Shown here in pieces: positions 38,101-49,834 of a stretch of DNA of 64,000 nucleotides (the stretch's first letter is position 1; each line of letters begins with the position of its first letter). The stretch spans positions 434,001 through 498,000 of the forward strand of contig NIVC01000713.1 of NCBI GenBank assembly GCA_002269645.1. Reading direction: 5' to 3'. The DNA comes from Macrostomum lignano (taxonomy: Eukaryota). The notes beneath the pieces are model-generated. The model made no database searches. It saw only the letters and a program-made list of their open reading frames with translations, and was not told the origin of the DNA. Made by a program: the position numbers and the translations under genes.

Positions 38101-41100
38101 ACGATCTAAGCATCAATCAACACGATCTAAGCATCAACCAACACGATCTAAGCTTCAACCAACATGATCTAAGCATCAATAAACATAATCTAAGCATCAA
38201 CCAACACGATCTAAGCATCAATCAACACGATCTAAGCATCAACCAACACTACGCTATCGATCTACGCCACATACATTGTACACCTAACACAATCAAGTCT
38301 TCGCAAATGAACCAAAGACCCAAATTTAATCCTCATGCTTGCATACCAATTTTCGCTTCTGATTATTGTCCAACAGAAATGCCGCCACGTAAGGCGTGGA
38401 AATTGAGGTGTAGATGACCAACACCAGGATGAACCAGTCCCACACCGACTTAAATGGCGAATAGTGCAGTATGATGCACCGATGCCCCTCCGGTGACTGC
38501 ATCTTGCTCTCCGGTGGCAGTTCGGTTCCAAATGTCAGCATCTACGAGTACAATACATCGAAAGATATCGATTCTGTATAGAATGGTAAATCAGCAGTCA
38601 CCGGTACCGGAAGCAGTTGTGGTAGAACCAACAACAGGAATGAGTTTGGTCAAAACTTTAAAAGGTCAAGCGACTTTACTTAGGTCAAATTAAGCTAAAC
38701 TGTTAGCTTAATAAATAGTGGAATTTCAAGGTAAGTATTTTATCCGAATATATAAAAGCTGAAAAATAAGGTTTTTTTTTTAGTAATAGGCTTAGTAATG
38801 GATAAACAGACAAAGGAAGTTTTACGATACAAAAGATACACCAAAGGAATTAAGATACACAATGTCACATGTAGTGTTTCATAAGTGACGAGAATTCTTT
38901 CATAACTTTTGAATAGGTTTTTGGCTCACTTTTGGATGGCTAGAGAGGTGTATGCCGAATGCCATTTGATACATATCCAGTCACAGAATATACGATTTCA
39001 GAGTTGGATGGACAAACCTGGCACCGATACGTCTCTTAATAAATATGAGCCGAATTCAAATGGTCAAACCTAGACTCAACTACAATTAACAATTTGTCCA
39101 TTATTTGCAAAATTTCTGTTGAAACTTTCCAGTTTTATCTATTCAAAAGTTATGACAGAATACTTGTTACTTTTGAAACACTCCTATTTGTTAATATAGT
39201 GGTTAGTTTTCATAAAAAACTCAAGCAGATCAGTTCTAAAAACGAATTTCTCGGTTAAAGGAACGAGAGAAAATAAACAAACAACAAATAAAACCAGACT
39301 GAACTTTCCGACATTAAGAGACTGTTATATGCTACTACCAAGTAGGCACCTACATCCAGCGTGTTATCATACTGAAATGGCGGTAGAATTTGGCGAAGTT
39401 TAGCATTTCGTCCAGATAGACTTTTACTAAATACTTTGAAACCTCAAACAGCTTTCCATCCTTGGCCTAATAATAAAGGAATATTCGTTAAAATATCCAC
39501 GTTTAACTCGTCATCTATCCTCAATCAAAATCCGGAAGCCCGTACTTTTGAGCTACCATATCAACCCTTAGCCAAATATTGCACCAAGCCTAAAACCTTC
39601 CAGTATTCACCCAACCATTCTTAAGTCATTTTTGTCAATTTTTTGCATCACCGAATCATTCACAAAGAACCGTTGCCAAGGGGGGGCTAGGGAGGGGCTC
39701 CAATATGCTCCACGAACTCCATGTCAGCTGAATAGGCGCCCATTTACAGCAGCTTCTGCGCCCCTGGTGCAGGCGCCCCTTGTGCTGGCGCCCCTTGTGC
39801 TGGCGCCCCTGGTGCTGGCGCCCCTGGTGCTGGCGCCCCTGGTGCTAAAGCCCCTTGTGCAGACGCCCCTGGTACTAAAGTCCCTGGTGCTAAAGCCCCT
39901 GGTGCTAAAGCCCCTGGTGCTAAAGCCCCTGGTGCTAAAGCCCCTGGTGCTAAAGTCCCTGGTGCTAAAGTCCCTGGTGCTAAAGCCCCTGGTGCTAAAG
40001 CCCCTGGTGCTAAAGTCCCTGGTGCTAAAGCCCCTGGTGCTAAAGTCCCTGGTGCTAAAGCCCCTGGTGCTAAAGCCCCTGGTGCTAAAGTCCCTGGTGC
40101 TAAAGCCCCTGGTGCTAAAGCCCCTGGTGCTAAAGTCCCTGGTGCTAAAGCCCCTGGTGCTAAAGCCCCTGGTGCTAAAGTCCCTGGTGCTAAAGCCCCT
40201 GGTGCTAAAGCCCCTGGTGCTAAAGTCCCTGGTGCTAAAGCCCCTGGTGCTAAAGCCCCTGGTGCTAAAGCCCCTGGTGCTAAAGCCCCTGGTGCTAAAG
40301 CCCCTGGTGCTAAAGCTCCCAAATAAAAAAAACTCTGGCTACGCCCATGCATTAACGGAAACCTTCACCCAAACTTCAGCCTAAGCGTGAAGTTCTCCCA
40401 AAACCATTTGCTTTTCAAACTAAGTATCAGCATCTTGCAGTTTCTCAAAACTCGATTCGAAGTCTTTCCTCACCTGGGCAACCTTCTCCGTCACATTCTG
40501 TCGCACCGAAGCCACCATAGGCGAGAAGCAGACGCTGTGCTGTCGACCCGCCTGCTCTCCAGCTTGCTGGTACTGGCCCGGCTGCAGCAGACTGGATCGC
40601 GGATGTCCGTAAATATCCCAGTCTTCTGGCACCCGATTGTCTAGGGAGTCCCTTCGACGATGTACTGAAAAAGAGTTTTTGATGATGAACTAAGCTAGTG
40701 CCATACTGAAAGAAATTAAGTAAAATATGTTCTGACTTATATTCCTACGACCAAGTTTGCATTCAACTTTGCCAAAAAGTGACTTCAAGTTTGAGAACAA
40801 CTGTTGCTCAGCTTCCAAGAAGGAGAAGAGGGACAAGAGACGGTTGGCGTTCGTGTTGCTTTTAGGATCGGAGGCGTGAGGACTGAGAGGTCTGAGGTCG
40901 TTCAGACGACCGGGTTCAGCTTTAAGATGCTCACACTGCACTGATTCAGCCACAGTTATCCATAGAGACCTGTTGCCGGGAGGGTCACGACTTTTCTATG
41001 GGCTTGCCAAAATTGAAGACACCTTCGCCAAAGTCGAGATTAAAATGGTATAGTTTAGCGCAAGACGAACGTTTGAGCAAGGACGCCACTCACACATCTC

Positions 41101-44100
41101 AGACGCCTCGCCAACGTTCACTCCTTCGAAGCTCGGGCTCAACGACAGCAGACTGTCGCCGCGAGGCAACTCTAAGCCGCCGCTGGCTTTGCGATCCCGC
41201 ACACCGGCCCCAGAGCCGAACGGGTCACTGTCCTCGGCGCTGAAGGAATCGTCGTTCTTGATCTTCAGGCCGACCAGAGCTGCTCGGAGAATCCCGCGAA
41301 GGCTGTCCTTCAGGCCCAGGCTGTCTGGAAGTTGTTTGAAATGCGACAGCATATGCAGTATGACAGAGGCGTTAGCCGGAGACTTCTGTCTACCAACTGG
41401 GTGTTCACGTGCCGAAAAACATTTGTTCACTGGTGACTAAAAGTTGGATGCTAAATGGTGTTTACGAGACGTAGTAGTTGCATGTTCACTCTTTAGGCGA
41501 CAGTTTGACGTTCAGATATTCACTAGTGTCTATCATTTACATGTAAACGTTACTTCTGGGTGCAATATAAGTATTAGTTACACTTACAGCATGTCAGTCA
41601 CGCTTCAATTTGCTTTGAAATTAGCTCGTAATTATTTTAAAAGGAATAATTATCGATTACCGAAAAACTCTTACTATAATACGCTTGTACATAACGTGTC
41701 TGACATGCACTGTGCGACACTTGGCTACGAAAATGTTAGTTGGAAAGTATAAACTGGTGCAGTCTAAAGCTATTGCGATGCAATGCAGAGGCAGATTTAT
41801 TGACCATAGAGTGACAGATTGAATGACCATAGTGTGACTGATTGAATGACCATAGAGTGGCAGATTGCATTACCATAGAGTGGCAGATTGAATGACCATA
41901 GAGTGGCAGATTGAATGACCATAGAGTGACAGATTGCATGACCATAGAGTGACAGATTGCATGACCATAGAGTGACAGATTGCATGACCATAGAGTGACA
42001 GATTGCATGACCATAGAGTGACAGATTGCATGACCATAGAGTGACATATTGAATGACCATATAGTGTGGTATCATTCACATTGATTTGCTTGAAGTTAGG
42101 AAAAATACTGACTTTCTATCTATACTGGTAAGATCTTATATTCTGCTGCAGCCTGCAAGGGTAAATACTATATTATATACTACTCTGCACAAGACTGTGT
42201 GGTCTGACCATCCAACTCTTATTCATCAACTTAAGTTATCCGCAGAGCCTAATGCAGCATATCCGTGCCTCCCCTTAATCCTTTGCTCAGCTTCTCCTAG
42301 TGGCAGCTTTTAGCGTTTTATTTTAAATCCCTCCCTCGTGCTTTGTCCTGATAATCCGCGGGATGCTCAGAAACAGGCCTCCCTCAAGTTTATCCCAGCT
42401 GCAAAGAAATTCTAAATATACACTCAGAGATTCAGAACCCCAAAATGCTGAGAAAGACTTGCTACATTAGCAATGACGCAAAATAACTTAATAACTCAAA
42501 CTAATACTCACTGCACTGCAGTATTGGTTGTGCGGAATTGTTTGATTGCTAAGTGTAAAAATGAATAGGGGCTGTGGATTGTCCAGCTTCTGTTACCATG
42601 GGACTCAGAGCTTCCGGTTGACTTTCTCGACGCTGAGGGGTGCGAGCGAATGAATTTTTAGTAAAGTAATAGTAAAATGGTATTGCATGATATCCTGCTC
42701 AGACAGACAGACAGGGAGTTGTAGCCTAGTGATCGGAGCGTCAGACTCACAACTTGAAGGTCGGAGGTTCGATTTCCGATCTCACTGGAACAATTTGTGT
42801 CCTTGAGCAAGACACAATTAACTCTGCATTGCGTCAGCTCACCCAGCTGTAAAATGAGTGCCATAATTAGCTGGGGTAATTGAGGGTCCATCTAGATGGG
42901 GAATCTGCCCATCATCATTTTTATTAATTATAATTATTAAGGGGTAGGCACAAGTTTGACTGTCAGGGGCTGGAACAGGATTGAGTGTCAGGGGCTGGCA
43001 TAATATTGAGTTGTCAGGGGCTGGAACAGGATTGAGTGTCAGGGGCTGGCATAATATTGAGTTGTCAGGGGCTGGAACAGGATTGAGTGTCAGGGGCTGG
43101 CACAGGATTGAGTGTCAGGGGCTGGCACAAGATTGGGTGTCAGGGGCTGGAACAGGATTGAGTGTCAGGGGCTGGCATAATATTGAGTTGTCAGGGGCTG
43201 GAACAGGATTGAGTGTCAGGGGCTTGTAAATGATTGAGTGTCAGGGGCTGGTAAAAGATTGAGTGTAAGGGGCTGGCACAACATTGAGTGTCAGGGGCTG
43301 GCACAGGATAGAGTGTCAGGGGCTGGCACAGGATTGAGTGTCAGGGGCTGGCACAGGATAGAGTGTCAGTGGCACAGGATTGAGTGTCAGGGGCTGGCAC
43401 AGGATTGAGTGTTCAGGGGCTGGCACAGGATTGAGTGTCAGGGGCTGGCACAGGATTGAGTGTCAGGGGCTGGCACAGGATTGAGTGTCAGGGGCTGGCA
43501 CAGGATTGAGTGTCAGGGGCTGGCACAGGATTGAGTGTCAGGGGCTGGCACAGGATAGAGTGTCAGTGGCACAGGATTGAGTGTCAGGGGCTGGCACAGG
43601 ATAGAGTGTCAGTGGCACTGGATTGAATGTCAGGGGCTGGCACAGGATTGAGTTTCAGGGGCTGATAAAAGATTGAGTGTCAGAAGGTACAGAAACGAGC
43701 GCACGTACACGCGCGGGTAAAATGCAAAGCAAATTCGAGAAAATGTGCCACCCAGTAGTCCGTTTGACAGACGCATTCGCTTAGCAACCTCGTTTCTGCG
43801 CACACGTGCTGATCATCTTTTGCGAGTCTACTTTTTAGTGACGAGCTGGACAGAAGGCAATCGCGCTAATCTGGGACTCAACCGGATGCTGCAGGCACGT
43901 GGGGAGCTGCTCGGACCGCCCGCTAACAAGAGAAGTCGGACAGTAGGACGGAACACGGCGGGGACGGTTCCTTCCTCTTTGCTAATTGGAATTCCTTATG
44001 GGGGTAGTTTTTGCTCAACGAGAGCTAGAGATGATGAGCCTTAGGCACTTGTAGCGATATGAGTCTATAGCTATGGCTGACTCCGCACAGCTCAGGCTGT

Positions 44101-44161
44101 CACTCTCACTACTGTCCTTGTATCTAGCTAAGAGCTGAAATTACCGGGGATGCCGGGGCGA

Positions 44162-44204
<43 letters not shown>

Positions 44205-44232
44205 GGCAGACAGAAAGACAGACAGGCAGACC

Positions 44233-44328
<96 letters not shown>

Positions 44329-47196
44329 GGCAGACAGACAGACAGGCAGACAGACAGACAGACAGACAGACACTAAGACCACTAAGACACTAAGACACTA
44401 AGACCACTAAGACACTAAGACCACTAAGACACTAAGACCACTAAGACACTAAGACCACTAAGACACTAAGACCACTAAGACCACTAAGACCACTAAGACA
44501 CTAAGACACTAAGACACTAAGACCACTAAGACACTAAGACACTAAGACCACTAAGACACTAAGACCACTAAGACACTAAGACCACTAAGACCACTAAGAC
44601 ACTAAGACACTAAGACACTAAGTAAGACACTAAGTAAGACACTAAAACACTAAGACACTAAGACACTAAGACCACTAAGACCACTAAGACACTAAGACCA
44701 CTAAGACACTAAGTAAGACACTAAGTAAGACACTAAGACACTAAGACACTAAGACACTAAGACCACTAAGACACTAAGACACTAAGACACTAAGACCACT
44801 AAGACCACTAAGACCACTAAGACACTAAGACCACTAAGACACTAAGACACTAAGACACTAAGTAAGACACTAAGTAAGACACTAAGTAAGACACTAAGAC
44901 ACTAAGACACTAAGACCACTAAGGCACTAAGACCACTAAGACCACTAAGACACTAAGACCACTAAGACCACTAAGACACTAAGACCACTAAGACACTAAG
45001 ACACTAAGACAGTAGTAACCCAGCTAAATACTCGTAAGTACCACGAAAGGGACGCCTAAGTGGCTCAAAATGAGCTCAACACCGAGAAAGTTTCGTGGGA
45101 AAACGGCATTAGCAAGCAGATGGAGGGGAGAGGAAGCTGGGGAAACTCGCTGTCCCCCCGACAGTTCGGTCAAGTGGGAACTCGGTACTCGGGCCTAGCA
45201 ACTAGCGTATGGGAAAATCGGCCTCGAGGCCAGAGCCGGACACTTCGATGGGTTTTCAGCGGCCGTAATGAGACCCGGGACCCGCCCATCCTGCATCCTT
45301 CTTCCCCCACTTCCCCTTCTTCCCGAATTCTCCCTTTCCCTGTTAAGCCTCACATTTAATCCCATGCCGCTGAATCTCCAGCCAGTCGGTCTCAAACTCT
45401 TGAGATCGAAAGTCGAACGCCTTGAGAAATCCACCCCTTAGCCAGCCATTTGGATTTCAACAGCAAATAATTTGGCCCTAAGGAAGTCGAGCGGCTAGGC
45501 ACTTATGTACTACTCCTAGTCGGGCGTATCTCTCACCCTGCGACAGATATGCATCGCTTAGAAGTGAGGAGGGGACGGGGGAGCAGTGCAGGATGCTGTG
45601 CAGGAACCTCAATAACCGACCGTGAGTAAGAAGGGAGTCGTCAGAAATTTGTCAAGTGTTTTGTTGTACGAGTATTAGATCTATTCACATATTCAATCAA
45701 ATCTATCATCCTTGGCCTTTAAAAGAACAAGCTGTTCTTTAACTTGGAAATTCTTAATCATCAAGGCAGCTAGTACGAGCGTACAGTAGAGTAAAATCAT
45801 CCAGCATCTGAGTCACGACAGCTCACTCTGCTTGGCAATTTTTATTTCTGTTTTCAACCTTCTCCTATCAAATTTCACCTATCCTGACGTAGCTTTTAAG
45901 CTTCTCAAATTTCACATTTTGCATTTCTATTCTCCTGTAGCTAATCGTGAAAACGTATAGAAAAACGATGAAATTGGGATGGTTTTCGGTTGTACGTAAG
46001 CCCGATCGACCGTCTATTATTCTATATATATGGCTATACGTGTTCGAGATGTCGAGGCTCATGGATGAGGGGGTTGCTCAGATGCCAGGGGTCAACTAAG
46101 AGTTGTTGGTAGGCCAAGGATCAAAGGGAGAGTAAGAGTCAGGATTAAGCCATCACTAAAAGGGAGGCTTTGATGCCAAAGTTCAAAGGGGATGCTGATA
46201 TCTTAGGCTTGATATATAGCAGATGGCAGAAACAACTAACGATAGAGACTGTAAAAGGTTAAAAAGCTACAATTGAGTAGCGTATGCAGTATTTCTCCTG
46301 AGCAGATTGAAGGTGGGCATCCGGAGAGCTCGCAGAGTCCGGTTCACATCGTCATCAGGAACTGCATGGGGACCGACAAAAGCTTACAGATGCCGGGTTA
46401 TCCCAAAGCAACGCTTATCTATTCAGCAATGAAACCTAATGTGAGAGGGAGCACTGCAAGCGGGTTAGTTAGTGTGCCACTCGCGTTAGCTGGTACTGAT
46501 TGTGAGTCCTAATTGCTAAGTTTAAACGATAATTATAAGCCTACTATTATGTAGGCCATCGTCCTGGGACTTTTTCCACTGTTCTACTTTGTTTCGCTTT
46601 GCGCGCACAAGTCTCCGTCTTCCGCTTGGCCATGCCGATCTGGAAACTTAAAACCCCGGCAGATGCAAACCAACATGTAGGTTGCGGAGACGGACATCTA
46701 CTGATCGATATTGAGGGGGCGACACAAAAAACTTTTGCTTCTCCTGTTCGTCTCGCTTTCCAGTTTTTTATCCTTCTGAGCTTTTCCCAAGCCGGCTACT
46801 GCTGGCTGCGTCTTAGGCCCGGTGCCCCGCCTGCCGGCCGCCAGAATCAATCGAATCAATGAGGCGGAGGGGCGGCCGAGGGGAACCCGCCGGTTTGTCG
46901 ACGCGACCGATTCGAATTCAGGATTTTCTCTCCTCCATCGTGCCACCTCTGGCCTCCCCTGCAGCATAGTTGCGTTGCTTTTTGAGCAGAGCTTTGCATA
47001 ATTTAATCTGCATTAAGTCTCTCGGCTGGGCGAACTTGGCCCGTTTGAGACTGGCGGCGAGCTGTGGATGCACGGTTGAGCTGACAGAGCACAGCTGGGG
47101 CGCCAACTTTACCTTTAATTCATGGCTCTCTGGGGAACGGGCGCAGCAGGGATTAGAGCTGCATCTATGTCTGTCTGTCTGTCTATCTATCTATCC

Positions 47197-47265
<69 letters not shown>

Positions 47266-49834
47266 ACTATCTGTAATCGAATACTTCTGTTCTGTTTGTC
47301 TGCCGTTTTCTTAGTCTCTTTCTTTATAAAAAAGAGCTCTGAGAAAACCAATAATAAGTCATGTGAATTCGACTTCTGTTTTAGCTTTTTATTCAAGAAA
47401 GGCCGCGACCTGAGTTTACCTGAGAAATGAAGAGAGAGGGAAAGAAAAGGTAAGCCGAGATGCAGCAGCACTGACCTCTTCCCCTCACTCCCTAGTCAAA
47501 ACCCACGCTCTCCAGTTCAGCACACACAAAATTCTCATGCTGTGCTCAGACGAGCCGCTATTGAAGTGCCAGGGATGGAGAGGGGCGAAGGAATCTGGGA
47601 TTCTCGTGTGTAAGGTCTTGAGAAACTTGGACGTCAGCAAAAGAAAGACGGAGAAGGAGAGATGAAGGGGAGGGCAGTGGAAGCGCGTGAGTTTGAGTTA
47701 ATCGATCCCAGCCATGTGTGCGCTGAGGCGGATGCTCAGGAAGCGGTTGAAAGGAGCCAAGCTTTGCTTGACGTGTAGAGGGAGGGGAGAAGAAGCTTAG
47801 AGTTGAGCTTAGAAAAGTTTGGTTAGGTCGGCGGATATGGGAGCAAGCTGGGGGATTAGGAGTTAAGTTAGCTCTTTAGTTAGCCGCGGAGTCTGGAATT
47901 TCAGGTTTCGTGTGTGGGAGAGCGAGTGACTGGCGAGTGCTTGGGGTGCAGTTTTTTTTGAAAGCCGAGACGCAGTTGGGCAGCTCGCGGCTCGCGGATA
48001 TGGATACTGGAAATCAAGGAAGAGAATGACATGGGGCCGCAATTATAATTATTGGCGTCCCCAAACCAAACCCTGGCGGGCTAAAGGTACCAATAGTATC
48101 TCTAGCCATCAATGTTGATTAATCTCGTGATGCTATTGATATAGGTAATTGCGTTAGTATGGCGGTTTATTGATGACGGAGATGAGCTCGTATTGTGTCC
48201 AGGGAATGGCACGGGACTCATTCTGTTTATGCAGCTCGGGGATTGATGGCTGGAGGGCCTGCTGTCCATAGGTAATATTGCAGCTTGGTCGAATATCTAC
48301 CCTATTTTTCGCCACAGGCGCTTTAAGCCCATCCAGTGGGCTCTTCCTCTCTCCATGTCTGCTTCGAATTCAATTCTCCGCTTCACTTGAGAATTTCATT
48401 AGCGCGCAGCTTCCTTCGAATAGGGCGGGATTAATTTCTTCAGGAAATTAAAAAAAGACAGGCATAAAGAGATTTATAGCTTTACCTCTGCGATCGCCGC
48501 GTGTCATCGCGGCAAATAGAGAGCTGAGCCCCTCCTGCGGGAAGGTGAGGATGTAGAACATCACCTCGGCTGCTTCATTGCGCACTGGGGCTATCATTGT
48601 GTTGGACACGAATCTTGTGCCTGGAGTGTTGGCAGCGGGCTGGGTTTCATTCATGCATGGCATTGTAAAAGTAATAATAATACGCTCGTATTAATGATGG
48701 CAAAGGTGCAACGCCTTCGGCGACATCGGTCCCGCAAACAGCTCTGACGGCAATTCTGCCCATTCCCGCTGAGTCACACACACGCTCACAACAGGGTGCA
48801 CAGCGGCACTGTGACTGTCTAATCGTCGGGCATGTACACACTCTGTGTTCCCTGCGGGTTGGCCCTCATGGTGGGAGTCACTGCGCGCTGATTCCTGCAG
48901 CTACAATAAGAATCTTAGAAATAGAATTTTGAGATACTCAGGTGGAGCTCAGCAATGTACGCCTGGATCTGCAGTTGCATGGCAGAAAAAATAAAAGCAG
49001 TCAGAGGGTTAGCCATTCTTTTTTAACGCAGATCTCTGTGACAGAGAGCAAGGCTAAGCGGTAAAACAAAGTGGAAACGCTAACCGTCTTTCTTGTAGAA
49101 GGTGATGCGCACTTGCTTTTCATCCCGGCTGTGCAGGGCGTCTCTTAGCTCGGCGATGGAGGCCACGCTGGTGAGGGGGCCGTGCAGGAACTCCATGCAG
49201 GCGCTGCGCTGCATGATGTCCGCCCGGCTGTAGCCAACAAGGTCGCAAAATTCGTCGTTGCAAAATATCACCGGCCGGCGTTCGAGGCGGGCATTGGCGA
49301 TGCAAAATTTCCTGTCTAAAAATATAAACTATTATTTTTATGCTCTCTGTCAAATTGCTAATATTGCAGTTTGAATTAAAACTTAGCATTTTGTTAGCAT
49401 AAGCTAATGCTTAGTATTTGAAATGCTTTCTAAAATAAATCAATTTTTATTAGTATTTTCATAATTATTCTAAAATTTTAATTTTTAAACATTTTGATAT
49501 TACAAACTAAGTCTTTTTAAGTATTTGATAAATATTTTGAGGTCATATATTGTTGATATCTGTTGAAAAGCTGAAGAAGAAGAAGTATCAACTGGATTTT
49601 TTTAGTCTTTTCCATTAGGAATTCCTGAATTACTACTTAGTAGATAATAATAAACTTATAAATAAAGAGAAATAACTTTAATATTTTGTTTAAAAGAAAA
49701 TTGTAAGAAGCTACTTAGTACTTAAATGTTGAATAATAACAGTTAAAACTTTTCTTACTCTGTCCATCAAATTTCCGAATAAGGGTGTCAAGAAAAGTAT
49801 TCTGCGGCGCTGAATTGCCACGGCGCACGGGCAT
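28686..49834 (-). CDS. KCNH2: ERG-family (KCNH2/6/7, seizure-like) voltage-gated potassium channel gene, at least 12 coding exons; the extreme 3' end is uncertain
   Basis: N-terminus [28 protein letters not shown] domain, NVTEKV, S1-S6 with SVGFGNV filter, C-linker/CNBHD nearly identical to hERG as recalled, C-terminal coiled coil; exon phases are compatible. The symbol denotes the orthology group, not a 1:1 ortholog. Confidence 0.92.
29375..29857 (-). CDS. KCNH2: ERG channel exon 11 (low-complexity C-terminus), frame-disrupted near 29400-29475
   Basis: Phase-1 acceptor ccgcag; S/H/A-rich; [10 protein letters not shown] then DVTPANFDF in another frame; strong donor cag|gtaagt. Confidence 0.6.
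30083..30360 (-). CDS. KCNH2: ERG channel exon 10 (CNBHD)
   Basis: [59 protein letters not shown]; caacag / gtatcc. Confidence 0.9.
30385..30510 (+). mobile_element. tRNA-derived SINE head or tRNA pseudogene fragment
   Basis: A-box-like TGGTGTAGCTTGG and B-box GGTTCGAATCC (30438-30448); no convincing cloverleaf. Confidence 0.5.
30615..30945 (+). mobile_element. 5'-truncated RTE-like LINE 3' end in ERG intron 9 (antisense to the host gene)
   Basis: [63 protein letters not shown], then a ttgttgttg tail. Confidence 0.75.
31116..31692 (-). CDS. KCNH2: ERG channel exon 9 (pore, S6, C-linker, start of CNBHD); apparent 1-nt deletion at 31147-31149
   Basis: [50 protein letters not shown], then [11 protein letters not shown] in another frame; donor gtgaga. 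Confidence 0.92.
31973..32200 (-). CDS. KCNH2: ERG channel exon 8 (S4-S5); probable GC donor
   Basis: [39 protein letters not shown]; donor CAG|GCGAGT (alternative GT at 31951). Confidence 0.9.
32228..32955. repeat. 14-bp minisatellite (AGCTTACTGACCGT), ~52 copies, ERG intron 7
   Basis: Direct reading. Confidence 0.95.
33218..33451 (-). CDS. KCNH2: ERG channel exon 7 (S2-S3)
   Basis: [39 protein letters not shown]; tacag / gtttgt. Confidence 0.92.
33630..38250. repeat. 21-bp minisatellite (AACCAACACGATCTAAGCATC), ~4.6 kb, ERG intron 6
   Basis: Direct reading; accounts for the 771, 794 and 457 aa ORFs. Confidence 0.97.
38347..38541 (-). CDS. KCNH2: ERG channel exon 6 (S1)
   Basis: [35 protein letters not shown]; cgtag / gtatgc. 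Confidence 0.92.
39670..40349. mobile_element. Partial hAT-type MITE enclosing a 15-bp array
   Basis: Right TIR-like CTGGCTACGCCCATG at 40335-40349; degenerate left end cgttgccaagggggggctagggagggg; no TSD found. Confidence 0.4.
39765..40318. repeat. 15-bp minisatellite (CCCCTGGTGCTAAAG)
   Basis: Direct reading; produces the GALAP / LVLKP ORFs. Confidence 0.95.
40474..40664 (-). CDS. KCNH2: ERG channel exon 5
   Basis: Ends [11 protein letters not shown] (hERG HNVTEKVTQ); ttttcag / gtgagg. Confidence 0.85.
41094..41324 (-). CDS. KCNH2: ERG channel exon 4 (proximal N-terminal linker)
   Basis: Open, GC3-rich, cttccag / gtgagt, phase 1-1 links exons 3 and 5. Confidence 0.7.
41795..42070. repeat. 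23-bp minisatellite (TGACCATAGAGTGACAGATTGCA)
   Basis: Direct reading. Confidence 0.9.
42713..42940 (+). mobile_element. tRNA-derived SINE with CORE-like central domain
   Basis: A box (TGTAGCCTAGTG), B box (GGTTCGATTTCC), then GTGTCCTTGAGCAAGACAC..CTGTAAAATGAG resembling the MIR CORE (GTGACCTTGGGCAAGTCAC..CTGTAAAATGGG, recalled); AT-rich tail. Confidence 0.65.
42958..43685. repeat. 25-bp minisatellite (GATTGAGTGTCAGGGGCTGGCACAG)
   Basis: Direct reading. Confidence 0.92.
44162..45010. repeat. Compound repeat: (GACA)n to ~44370, then mixed GACACTAA / GACCACTAA units
   Basis: Direct reading. Confidence 0.93.
47165..47270. repeat. (CTAT)n microsatellite
   Basis: Direct reading. Confidence 0.95.
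48486..48620 (-). CDS. KCNH2: ERG channel exon 3 (PAC end)
   Basis: [27 protein letters not shown]..; ccag / gtaaag; phase 1-1. Confidence 0.85.
49085..49315 (-). CDS. KCNH2: ERG channel exon 2 (231 nt, PAS)
   Basis: [42 protein letters not shown]; tttag / gttagc boundaries. Confidence 0.95.
49759..49834 (-). CDS. KCNH2: ERG channel exon 1 (76 nt, PAS cap)
   Basis: [25 protein letters not shown]; donor gtaaga; same coding length as human KCNH2 exon 1. Confidence 0.95.

Noticed and set aside
39632-40384. (GALAP)n and (LVLKP)n ORFs resembling elastin or silk
   Set aside because: 15-bp intronic minisatellite open on both strands; no splice sites or signal peptide.
40690-40953. 87-aa minus ORF as an additional ERG exon
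   Set aside because: Flanking exons already join in phase 1; no good acceptor/donor pair or homology.
46070-46480. Possible old LINE 3' fragment ([18 protein letters not shown] on the minus strand)
   Set aside because: Too short and degenerate to support.
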